Shown here: positions 1-11,330 of the stretch, piece by piece
Layout of the letters: the number at the start of each line of letters is the position of its first letter
How positions within the stretch are numbered: the first letter of the stretch is position 1
Assembly: GCA_013239625.1 (NCBI GenBank)
Contig: MU053482.1
Location: 4,539,775-4,603,774 of the forward strand
Length of the DNA: 64,000 nt
Reading direction: 5' to 3'
Source: Lama guanicoe
Taxonomy: Eukaryota
The notes under the pieces: model-generated
The model's input: the letters and a program-made list of their open reading frames with translations, nothing else
Databases searched by the model: none
What the model was told of the DNA's origin: nothing
Made by a program: the position numbers and the translations under genes

Positions 1-264
1 GGAAGTTTTGAGTCATCAGAAAGGTAGATTGGATTTATGAGTTTGGAGCCCATGGGAAAAGTTAGGGCTGGAGACATAAAATTCATATATAAAATAAATA
101 AACACATGTATATGTAACATCTGTAACTTAATTTACTAGAAAGAGTAGCCATATATTTCTACTCATTCATTTATTTATTAATCAATTCATGCATTCATGT
201 ACTTATTCCACAAATATTTATTGTATACCTACCAACCTAATACAGTCTCTAGTACAGTTACACC

Positions 265-1612
265 AATGGCCTCTAAAAAGAAGAGTGTGCAACAAGAGAA
301 GGGGGGTCATGGGAAGAAAATACTGAAACTTTAAAAAATACTTGTTTTTATCTAAAAACAGAAAAAAAATTAAGTCTTCCATATACTATATAGATCAACC
401 CTGGTATCTCACTGTTAATGAGTGAATAGTGCAGTTTAGGCGATATGGAGAAATATTTGGAGGTTTCTTCATTTTCTTTTGTTTTAATATATTGCGATTT
501 CTTTCAGCTTATGTGTGCTGGGTTAAGTAAATTTACCAATTGCATTATTATTTCATTAAATTAACCCCCACTAAAGTGGAAGTAGCTAAAAAAGATTTCT
601 GGAAAGAAAACATGAGTTGGAGATAATAATGCAAGCATAAGTAAAAAAGATGATAGTGGAGATGACATGTCTGCTTCTAGCATGAGCTCTATGGAAGCCA
701 TCTTGTTAAGCAGTGGGCATGACATTTTGAAATCAGAGATTTGGAAAGATTTCCATTATATGATTTTGTTGCAAGATGACATATGTGTGCTATCCAAGGC
801 TGGGATTACAGTGAGGCAAGTGAGACATTCACCTCAGGCAAAAAATTTAAGGGGATGTCCCAGACTCAGTAGTCAAGATAAATAATATCTTAATGCAATA
901 TCTTAAAAAGTCAAAACCAATGCAAAAATCTATGATAAACAAAAATATCAACATTTTAAATAAAAGCAAAATCAGTACTCTAAAAAGAAATTATGCATGT
1001 ATACTAAAACTTGAGGACAGAATTTTCCAACTCATTAAAAAAAGATCTTCCAAGAAACACATTTCAAAGAGTTTAGAAAAAATATAAAAATGCAACATCT
1101 TCTGGATGACATCAGGGAAGATAGAAAGTTAACTAGCTGCATTTCAACAAAAACTTTCCATGGTTGGGGGATGGAAGTGATAAAAACGGATTCTTGCATT
1201 TAGTAAGAGCAGCCAAAGATATACTTCTTCCATTAGGATCTACGTATCTTGGTGAGTTATCTTTTTAAACTTATGACAGCCGTTAAAACAAAGTACAGAA
1301 ATAACCTGAACGTTGAATCACACATTTTAATAACTGTTTCGCAAAGTATTACAGATTTTTTTAAATCACTGAAACATAGTCAATCATATTGCTTTCACTA
1401 AATATTTTTAGTGAGGATAACAAGGATTTTTAAAAGATAATATAGAAAATAACTCTAACAGTTACTTTAAATGTTTATCTTATCTTTTTTATGTTTTAAA
1501 AATGTTTATGTCATACACAACAGAACATGTATATAACTTACATAAGTATATAGACTTTTTTTTTTTTTTTTGGTAAAAGGGCAGTGCAATCAAAAAACGT
1601 TGGGAGAGCACA
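265..1612 (+). mobile_element. hAT/Charlie-type DNA transposon fossil with transposase C-terminal remnant; interrupted at ~794-975 by a MER91-like element
   Basis: 1200-1320 reads LVRAAKDILLPLGSTYLGELSF* / MTAVKTKYRNNLNVES, resembling the hAT dimerisation motif (LPFxSTYLCExxFS...KTKYRNxL). Boundaries are approximate. Confidence 0.65.
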
Positions 1613-2502
1613 GGTATAGGTAGTTAATGCTGTGGGTGTTAGGAACATGTCAGGATTATATTATCTCTGCATGCTCTAAAATCGCTGTACCACGGAAGTC
1701 TTCATGAAGGATATCCCACTGAGTTTTCGTAAAGGAAGGTTTGAAGGAGTAGGATTTGGAAAAATAACTATTGCAAAATTTGTTTCGTATAAGACAGAGA
1801 ACAATGCTTATTGCCAGAGGAGATTAAAGTAGTCTAAAAATATTTTAAAAACAGGATCCTAGGTTCAAGCTGCAGCCCTACTGTCTGAAGCTATCTCAGC
1901 CCCAGACTTAAACCTGTCGGAGAAGGAAGTTCCCCAAAGGAGCTCAGAAGAGTGCTGCTCTGATGGGGGGTAGGGGTGTGACACCACTTCCCTGAGCCCA
2001 GGGCTGTCGCCTCCCCTAGCAGGAGACGGGCCTTGAGGTCCCTCGAGCCGGGGCCGTCAGGAGGGTGGGAAGACCGGAAAACGCAGTCCTTTCTAGCCGG
2101 GACCGTGTCTGATGGCGGAGGCCGGGAAGGAGCCTGAGGTGCTTTCTCTTCCAGGCAGAGGCTGCGGCTCTGTGAAGAGGGGATGAGTGCAGGCGCTTTT
2201 CTAACGGGAAGGGAGAGCAGTGTTGGTGGTAGGGTCAGAGGGGCGGCCTTAGGCTCGCGTCTCTCCCCAGTGGGAAGAGCCCCGCAAGGCATGGAGCACC
2301 CTAAGGCCTGGTCCTTTCCCTGCCGGCGGAGGGAGACCCGAGATGGACGGTCCAGATCCCTTGACGATCAGCGTTTGCTTGGCCTCTCAACAAATCTTAC
2401 ACATCCAGAGGCTGAGTAAGAGCTGAGATAATTTGACGCGAGCCGCAGCTGTCTCGGCACCTTGGGCGCCAAGCGCCCGGCTCGGAGCCCGACGGCCCGA
2501 AT

Positions 2503-2529
2503 TCTCGCGAGAGCGACCGCCGCCATTTT
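2503..2529 (+). promoter_or_regulatory. TCTCGCGAGA (CGCG/BANP-type palindrome) plus YY1 motif CGCCATTTT
   Basis: Exact TCTCGCGAGA at 2503-2512 and CGCCATTTT at 2521-2529. Both are typical TSS-proximal motifs of housekeeping CpG-island promoters. Confidence 0.75.
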
Positions 2530-2686
2530 TCCATTGATTGCAGCGGGCTGGGGGGAGGGGCCGACGACGAAGGCGACGGCGGCGGCAGTAGCGGCGGCGG
2601 CGGAGCTTTGGGTCGGTGTCTGCGCGCTGGTGTCTGAGGCCCAGGCTGAGGCCTCCGTGGTAGCCCGAGCGCAAGCACGGGAGAGG

Positions 2687-2713
2687 ATGACTGCCGCTGC
2701 CGTTCTCTCCTGA
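2687..2713 (+). other. Upstream ORF in the USP47 5'UTR (MTAAAVLS*)
   Basis: aggATGa at 2687 (purine at -3), 8 codons, TGA ending 2713, 66 nt before the main ATG. Confidence 0.6.
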
Positions 2714-2779
2714 GCTAGAGAGCTGCCGCCACCCTCCCCCTCCCCCGCAGGGCGGAGAGGAGCGGCCGGAGTCTGAGCG

Positions 2780-2818
2780 ATGGTGCCCGGCGAGGAGAAC
2801 CAACTGGTCCCGAAGGAG
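2780..2818 (+). CDS. USP47: USP47 coding exon 1 (MVPGEENQLVPKE)
   Basis: ATG at 2780 in strong context (gcgATGG) inside the CpG island. The 13 codons match the USP47 N-terminus as I recall it, followed by the donor GAG|gtgagg at 2819 (phase 0). Confidence 0.96.
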
Positions 2819-4879
2819 GTGAGGGGCTGGCGGAGGAGGCTAGGCCTGAGGCCTGTGGCCGCTCCACGCAGCGCAGGCCGGGGCGAGGGGCAGGCTGCGG
2901 GCCCAGCTCGTGTGCCGGGCCGCCTGTGGGGGAAGGAGGAGGTGTGTGGTGGAGGGGGGTGCATGGTGGGTGCGGCGAGCAGTTGGGGGACTCGACTGGA
3001 CCTGCGGGGGCCAGGGCAGCGGAGACCTCTCCCCTCGGGTTTGCGGGGCTGGAGAAATAAAGGCGCGGACTGGAAGGAATCAGGTCCTGCTTTCGGGGGA
3101 GAAAGTGGCCTTTTAAGTACTTATTTAACATGTCGGGCCAAGATAGACAATTTCAAAGAAAAAAATCTAAAACAGTTGCTGATGGGCACGACAGGGTGAC
3201 GGTGCTGCTTCTGGTTTTGACAGTGGCAGTGTATAGCTTTCAGGGCTTGTGAAATCTACACCCAACTTGAGCTCTGTGAGAGGGCAGTTAACTGTTACGA
3301 CTTTTTTGAACTGTTACTTACTTGGTAGTACTATGGGCCTTCCTCAGTGGGGCCTACCGAAGATCGCTGAAAAGTAGTGAATGTGACTTTCACGTAAAGG
3401 TAAGAGATAGGGAAGCATTACCATATGGAGAGCTGAACTACTTTTTGTAGTTGGGTTGTGTATGCCAGTTTCAGTGACTCCTTAAATTCTTAAAAGCAAG
3501 TGATATGAGAAACCTTGACTTCTTGGCTTCTCTTGAATAGTAGATTAATGGTAGAATCCAGCACTAGCCAGTGAATTTCAATATATTAATAGTATCTCTG
3601 TTAGCTTTATAAATATCTTCAGCGTATCCAAACGTGTATTTTTAACTGGTTGATCATCAGGCGAATGCTTTGGATTTTTATTTCTCATATACCTTAAATT
3701 ATAGAGGCAGGTGTCGGTTGAAATTAGCTATGTTGGATCTTGATGTTTATGGGTGATGTTCATTAAAACCTCTTAATTTTTTTGTTGCTTTTTTGGTTAC
3801 TTTGTAGCAATTTGTTGTGGCTTGAGCAAACTCTGACACTGCAAAAGTGATACTGGAGTTGTATAACATGATAGGAATATTTTCCCAACTTTATCAGATG
3901 ATTGTTTTGCAAGGACAGTTTTTTTTAAAGACTCAGTTATCATGGGTCTGTATTTATTCATCAAGCATCACCAGCTCTGCAAAGCGAATAAAATAAACAA
4001 ATGAATTAATCAGAATTCTTGTGTTTGGAGCTTTCAGAGCTACTAGGAAAGAACACTAGTATTCATCGAACTCCAATTAGAGGCTAAGTACTTTTTCTGC
4101 ATAAGTAACTCTCACACAAGGGTGGAAGTGATAGGTGCTGTAAGAGACATGTAAACATACATTTTCTTTTAGAGCTACGTAGTGTTGATTTTCATTCCTA
4201 TGGAAAACAAAGTCAGTCCTTTCTTAATTTTTTGACCTTTAGAAAATATAGGTGGAACTTTAAGAAAACCCAACATTAGATTTATTTCCTTAATAATGTG
4301 ACTTATAGACTATAATATGAGTTTACGCCTTTACAAGAATATATCTATTGTGTAAAAACCAATACTGCAGTGTTGCTTTTACCTTTTGGATTTTAAAGGT
4401 TAAATGCCTCTCCTTTAAGACTAACTCCCTCACCTGAGGCTTAAGCTCATCTTTTTTTCTCCTTTTTCTGGACCATATTCCTTTATTTTCTATTCCCTAG
4501 ACTCGTCTTCAGTCCTATTTTTTTTCCCTGGCTCCTTTCATGATACCTGGAAGCATGTATAGTACTCTAAAATCTCAAGTCAGTCACTTGAAATCCTTGC
4601 CTTTTTTAACTAGCTAACTAGCTCATTCTTTTTTGATGGCTATCCTCTTCTTGAATTCTTGCTTGCTTCTCTTCCTTGAATTTTCATTTGATACTTAAAA
4701 AAAATCCTTGATTTTAATAATACTGTGTACTTTGAGGCCTTTTTCCCCACCTGTTTGTCCTTTCTGCCCCCTCATTTAGTCAATGTCTTTCTCTTTTCTG
4801 TGTCCTTAATTATCACTTTTGCCTGTTCTTTGTCAACTCCTGGCCTTTTTAAGTAGGAGTAGAATCATATGGTACTAAC

Positions 4880-5040
4880 ACCGAGAGCTCATAGTGATCA
4901 TCTAGTGATTTATACCCCTTCACTTTTACAGATGAGGAAATTAGGGCCAGAGGATTGAAAGTGACTTGTTCAGGGTCACATAATGAGTAAATGACAAAGT
5001 TAGGACTAGAACTCACATCATCTTAATTATACTCTATTTT
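4880..5040 (-). mobile_element. MIR SINE (representative; similar at ~6975-7075, 7700-7870, 12820-12990, 15770-15880, 52720-52915, 61440-61640)
   Basis: MIR core cattttacagatgaggaaa...aagtgacttgttcagggtcaca and variants. Confidence 0.7.
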
Positions 5041-5334
5041 CAGATCCCTCCATGTAACCTAGAGGCTCTGTAAGAATAGTTTGTAACTAAATACACGTAC
5101 TATGTGAAAATAAATTTCGGAATTAAAAAATCTTGCTTCTGTTCTAATGGCTTATTATCAACAGTTTGGAGGTTTTGTTTTTTTTTTTTTTCCTTCAGGG
5201 AACATCTGACCCCTAGTAAATTTAGATCTTGGTTAAGTATGTGAAGTTGAATGAATAATATATTGTTCTTGTTCCTGAAGTTCAAGGACAAATGTACCTT
5301 AGAAAATTGCTGAAGAAGACAGCTTAGTGTAATA

Positions 5335-5580
5335 CAGGGCTTGGCAAACTACAGTCCCTGGGCCAAATTCAGCCCACAGCTTGTTTTGTATGGCCCATGA
5401 GTCAAGAATGAGTTTTATGTTTTCAAATTGTTGGAAAAAAATCAAAATAATAATTTGTGACACATGGAAATATGTGAAATGTAAATGTTGGTATTGATAA
5501 AGTTTTATTGGAATGCAGCCATGCCCATTAATTTACTATTGTCTGTGGCTACAGCAGAGCTGAGTAGTTGATAAAGATGC
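5335..5580 (+). mobile_element. MER58-like hAT-Charlie element
   Basis: cagggcttggcaaactacag...gggccaaattcagccc...aaagttttattggaatgcagccatgccc resembles MER58. Confidence 0.7.
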
Positions 5581-8436
5581 TATATGCAGGATAAATTTGA
5601 AACTACTTAGCTTGGTGTTCAAGGCCTAGTATAGTTTGATTCTCACAGTCCACCCTTCCAGCTTCTCTCTTCTTCCTCAAAACAAGTTTTTAATGCAGCC
5701 AAACAGGTTTCTCTCTGACTTGCTTTTCACTTCTATTTGTGCTGTCTACTCTTTCCTCCTCTTGTTCATCAATTCAGAACCTTTATACACATTTTTCCAT
5801 AAGTCCCTCATCATTTATTCTAAAAAGCCTTTTCTGACCATTTTAACCTTGAGGATTTCGCCTTCTTAAAAGACTTTTATATATGAATAGAATTCATTTG
5901 GCAATTAATAAATAGTGCTTTGTGATATCTATTATTGTCTCAAACTGTATTTTATTATTATTCATTATGGATTTCTTGACAGCAGAGATCTTTGTTTCTC
6001 TTTTTAGTATGTATTATAAGTCTAGGACAGTGTCCTTACTGAAGCAGATATTCAGTAATATTTGTTGGTGTGATTACAGGGTTTCAAGGAAACTTAGAAT
6101 TCTAACCAATTATCCCTGCTTGAATATTTTTCACAGCATCCTTGGCAAGCTGTTTTCCAGCCTTTGCTTGAATACCTTCATGAGTAATCTCTGATAACAT
6201 CTTTGTCTTAGAAGAGATCTGTTATTTTAAGTTTCTGAGTAGAAAGACGTTTAGATCTCTATAGCTGCCATCTTTTGATAGAAGCCTCTGGACAACAGAG
6301 AAATCTTGAATCATTTTCCACAGGATACCTTATTTTCATTGTTGAAGTTGAGGGGAGGGGAGCAGAAGGGCCAACCTTCTCTGTTGTACAGTGTAAGCAT
6401 CCTTAGTTCTTTAACTGTTTCTCGGTTGCTCTTTTTTAAACATAATCCAGTGTTTTTAGTATTCCTTCTAAATTGTACCCAGAGAAGAGCAAAGAGAGTG
6501 TGATCTGTTCTTTGTGGTTAACAACAAAGCTTTTCACCTCACTTTTTCACTCTACATGTCTTTAAATTGTTGTATATTGATATTTGAGATCTCTTGCTTT
6601 TAATATTATCTCAATTTTATTTATTGCTTTGTTGTTTTTATTCTATTTCCTTTTAAGGATTTGTGACATTAATATTTGTTGAATACTGACTGTATTATTG
6701 TTCTCTGCCATATAAGGAATATTTAGAAGAAATAGAAAAATTCATTCTTCCCTTTAGTATCTTACTGTATAATTAAGGATAGTATACATATTACTAATGC
6801 TTTTAAGGTAATACTTTCACTACAGTACTCAAAGTGGCAGTCAAGGAATATATAAATGTAGAGAGGATGGAAAAATGAAAGAAAAAGAAAGAATATGTAG
6901 TTCCCTATCTCAGTGGATTTTTTTCTGCTTTTGTTTTCCATGTAATAAGCACTACTTTCATCTGGAACTAATGATGATAGTACTAACCAAAATTTATTGA
7001 GCATTTATTATATGTCAGGTACTGTTGTATATGCTTTGTGTGATTAGCTCATTTGAACTTCACAATGACCTCATAACTATATAAGGGCCATTGATACTGA
7101 GAGCCCCCAAAACATAAAACATCTTGTTTTTCATCCTTCTTGTATTTTTTTTTGATAGTATTGTCAACTGAAATATTCTTTTAATTTGTATGGCTTTAAC
7201 CTTTGATTGTAATTTACACATTTATATCTTCAGCTGTGACCTCTCTTCTAGTATCAAATTTCCACCTGCTTACTGGATATCTCTACTTCATTGTACTCTA
7301 GGACCCACAAATTAAATGTGTAATATCAACCTCATTTCTCTTCTTTCCCCTCTCAATTCTCATGTCCTCCTCCCAACATCTTTCTCTGTGTTCTCTTGTT
7401 CAGTTAGTGTCATCACCGGCTATTCATTTGCTTGACATGGAACTTTTTCCCCCTTTTTCTTATGTATAGTTAGATCATCACTTGGAAAATATCTCTTGTA
7501 CTCTTGCCTTTCTCTCTGTACCTCTATTGTCTCATTCAAATGTAACCCTTCTAAATGGTCTCTGTGCATCTAGCTCTTTTTTTTTCCCTAGCTACCCTCC
7601 TCACAACTGCCATTGCTTTCTAAAACACCTGAGATTATGACTACCTGTGTTAAGTGTATAATTGATACACTCTGATGGCAAATTGAATGCTAGGAACTAT
7701 TTATAAACACTGTGTGCCAGACACTGTGCTAAACAACTTATACACTTATCTCATTTAATGTCTGTAAGAGCCCTTTAAGGCAGTTATTATCTTTCATTAT
7801 CTGTTTTGTGGGTGAAGAAAGTAAGGCTTAAAGAGTAAGTAACTGGCTCAAAGTTGTATAGCTTTTTGATTCTAAATGAGTGTGGCCTTAACCAGTAGGA
7901 AAGTCCTTCATAATATAGCCTCAATTGATCTTTAAAAATTAACTTTTGTCAAAGTTATATATGCACATATTTAAGAGTTGAAGAGCTCTGCAGGACTATT
8001 TACAAAACAGGAGTCCTCTGCAGATTCTTCCTCCCCTTCATTTCTGGCTCTCCAGAGGCAACCTCTTTCAATTTATTCTTTTGATATTTATCTCTGCATC
8101 TCAAAATAATATGCTTATGGTTTTCCTTCTTGCTCTTTCAGTTTAAGGGATTCTCTACTGATTTCCTACAGTGAAAGATTCAATTTACCACTATTCTCAA
8201 GCACACAGACACACCTCTCAATTCTGCTCAGTTGTTCCAACAGTCACATTGCAAGTTGTTTGGATACATTGATTTTCAAAATTTGTATCAATGTGACTAT
8301 AAACTCTTCATAGTTGAGCCATGTAGTTTACTGTGATTGTTTTCCCTTCATGTATAGCGTTTTGATTTCCGTTAGATAATATTTTCTAAAAATTTGCTTT
8401 TGCTTAGTTTTCTTTGTACTTAACCATTAATACAGC

Positions 8437-8637
8437 CAAGTGGTTCTCAGCTCGGGGCAACCCAGAGGATATTGGTGATGATTGGTGGGTGAGGGAGGGC
8501 AGGAGTGTGTTACTGATATCTAGTGAGCAGAAGCCAGCTGTGCTGCCACACATCATCCTACACTGCACAGGACAGCCTCCCACAACAAAGAATTGTGTGG
8601 CCCAGAATGTCAATAGTTCCATTGTTGAGAAACCCCG
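8437..8637 (+). mobile_element. MER20-like DNA transposon
   Basis: agtggttctcag...cacaggacagcctcccacaacaaagaatt...gcccagaatgtcaatag...gttgagaaaccc resembles MER20. Confidence 0.75.
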
Positions 8638-9065
8638 ATTTAGTTCAGACTCTCAAGTGTATAAATCTCTTCCTTATTATGTTCAAACCTGCCAACTTTT
8701 TGATGAATTTCCTTGAATTGCAACTGTTGTCTTAAATTTGCCTTTACAATCATTTTAGTATTTCCCTCCGCTCTTTCTTGTATTAGAGCTCCTGGTTCTG
8801 TATCTGATCTGTCTTCATCTTTCTTTGCTTTCTCATTTTGGAGGACCACTTAAGTAGCTTTTATGGATGGGATATAATTTTTTCGAGACTTCACATGTCT
8901 GAAAATGTTTTTCCTACCCTCTTGCTTTATAAATTGGCAGGACAGAGACTTCTCGGTTAGAAATACTTTTCTCTCAGAATTTTGAAAACATTGCTCCATT
9001 GTCACCTTTTTTTCAGTATTGCTGTTGAGACATCAGATACCTAGAAGGTTCTTTTCCACTATTTT

Positions 9066-9207
9066 TTATTTTGGTGGGGGGTAGGTAATTAGGTTTATTT
9101 TCATTTATTTATTTTTTATTATTATTTTTAATGGAGGTACTGGGGATTGAACCCAGGACCTCGTGCATGGTAAACACGCACTCTACCACTGAGCTATATA
9201 CCCTCCC
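9066..9207 (-). mobile_element. tRNA-derived SINE (Vic-1-like, camelid)
   Basis: The reverse complement has an A box (TAGCTCAGTGG), a B box (GGTTCAATCC) and an A-rich tail. TSD TCCACTATTTT at 9055-9065 and 9208-9218. Confidence 0.88.
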
Positions 9208-10309
9208 TCCACTATTTTGAATATTATTTTTCCTCTGTGGAAGCTTGGAGAATCTTTTTCCCTAGAGTTCTGAAATTCTTGTAATATGTGAGAAGAAGTT
9301 CTGTTTATATCCGTTTCTGCTAGGTTCGGGGTAGTCTTATTCAATCTGGAATTTATTTAATCAGTCCTGGGAAATTTTCTTAAATAATTTCTTTGCTTTT
9401 TTCCCTTTCATTTTCTCTTTTCTCTCTTTTGAATTCCTATTGTTGAGGTATTAAGTATAAGGCCTAGTGACTGGTTTCTCTAACTTTCTTCTGTGTTTGT
9501 ATCTATTTTCCATTTCTTTTTCTCCTGCTTTCTGGGAGAGTTTTCTCAACTTTATTTTCCAATTCTTCTAATGCATTATTTCTGCTGTCAGGTTTAATTT
9601 CCAAGTACTGTTTTTTTTTCCTGAAGTTTTATTAAATAATATCCTATTTTTGTTTTATGGATGCAGTGTCTTAACTGTCTTAGGAAATTATTGGTAGTTT
9701 TCATCTCTGCATATTCTCTCTTTCCTCCAAATTTCCTTTTTCTGTTTGTTTGCTTTGGACTTTGTCTTTCATATTAGATGCTTTCCTTATAAGTCTGGTG
9801 AGCCTTGGAAGTCAGCTTATTTAAAAGAGGGGCCTTAAAAAGCTGAGTGGAAGCTCTGCCAGTGGGTTATTATGGGCTCCCATGTATGTTGTTACGTCTG
9901 AATAATTTTCTTCTAGAATCTTTTGTGCCGGATTGATTTCCCAGAAAAGAGTTCCAGTCTTTTGCTTGGAGAGAACAAGCTTGGGAGCTGAGTAGGAAAA
10001 AGGAATATGGGTTTCATCATAAAGTACATGATATACTTTTATTTAATTCCCCAGTTTTCAGTATAGCAACCCTCAGATTCAGTTAAACCTGGTGTCTAGT
10101 CCAGAAATACTCTGTTTTATGCTCTCCTTAGACTGTTTAATCTTTTGCCAGGAAGGATCAAAGAGTAGAAGAGAGAGGATCAGAGGATTCTAATTGCTTC
10201 TTAAGCAGACTTCAATCTCTTATTCTAGTTTGGATCCATCCCTGCTCCCAGAGTATCTGAAACTACTAGTTCCTGAGCCTTTTAGGTTTTTTATTTTCTT
10301 TTTACTTTA

Positions 10310-11330
10310 AATTTTTTTTATAGAAGACTTGCAAAAAGAATAGAGAGTTCCCATATACTCTTCACCAAGCTTCTTATATTAACGTCTTATTTAACCATGG
10401 AATGCCTATCAAAAGGAAGAAATTAACCTTGGTACAATACTATTAATTATAGTATAGAATTTATTCATATTTGACTAGTTTTTCCACTAATGTTCTTGTT
10501 CTTTTTTAACCCAGGGATTAATTCAGGATTCCACATTGTATTTTGTTGTCATGTTTTCTTAGTTTGCGTTTATCTGTGACAGTTTCTCAGACTTTTCTTT
10601 CATGACCTTGACACTTTTGAACAGTATTTGTCGGTTATTTTGTAGAATGTCCCTCAATTTGGGTTTGTCTGATATTTTCTCATGATTAACTGAAGTTATG
10701 AATTAAAGAGAAGGATATCACAGACGTGATTTGTCCTTCTCAGTGTATCCCTTGGAGGGGGTGGGAGGACATGATGCTGGTGTGTACTGCTGGTGCTGCT
10801 AGCCTTTGATCACTTAGTTCAGGGAGTTCTGCTAGGTTTCTCCACTGTAAAGTTACCATATTCCTCTTTAATAAATACTAATTTTTGTACTTTGATACTA
10901 TGCGGATATCCTATTTCTGCTTGAACTTCTGCCGACTAATTTTAGAATCCATCTATAGTTCTTGTTACTGTTGCATTTGAAGAGTGATTTTCTATTTCCC
11001 TCATTATTTCTACATTTATTAATTGAAATTCTTTTGTGAGGAAGAATTTTCCCTTCTCCCTCATTTCTTTTCTGATTTATTTATGTCATTATAGACTTAT
11101 GGCTATTTATTTTATTCTTTGGATTATAACCCAATACTCTTGTTATTTATTTTGTTGCTCAAACTGTTCCAATTTTGGCCAGGGGGAGCTCTTTCTGGTT
11201 AGTGTCTGGGCTCACTCTTGCTTTTTGAGCACTTCCTTGCTTTGTGGCACCACATAATGCTTCAACACATTTTGTATTTGCCTTGCCCCCAACCTTGCAA
11301 TCATCCACTTCTCCAAAAAGTTTAGGGGTC
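10310..11330 (-). mobile_element. Ancient L1M (L1MB/L1MC-like) 3' fragment
   Basis: Typical antisense L1M 3'UTR text (ttttgtagaatgtccctcaatttgggtttgtctgat, ctccactgtaaagttac). Confidence 0.7.

Larger units (their letters stand above)
1990..3110. promoter_or_regulatory. USP47: CpG island / USP47 promoter and 5'UTR
   Basis: Sharp rise in GC and CpG density against an AT-rich, CpG-depleted background, spanning exon 1. No obvious TATA box. Confidence 0.93.

Noticed and set aside
1891..3131. Many long overlapping ORFs on both strands (up to 198 aa)
   Set aside because: Expected by-product of stop-codon scarcity in a CpG island. They give low-complexity Pro/Ala/Arg/Gly translations with no recognisable domain.
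2780..3199. 139-aa ORF from the USP47 ATG
   Set aside because: Only the first 13 codons are USP47; the rest is read-through into intron 1 past the donor at 2819.
9130..9207. tRNA-like sequences (also near 31060, 31900, 34060, 46430, 48390)
   Set aside because: They have A/B boxes but also SINE tails and TSDs, and no intact cloverleaf; they are SINEs, not tRNA genes.
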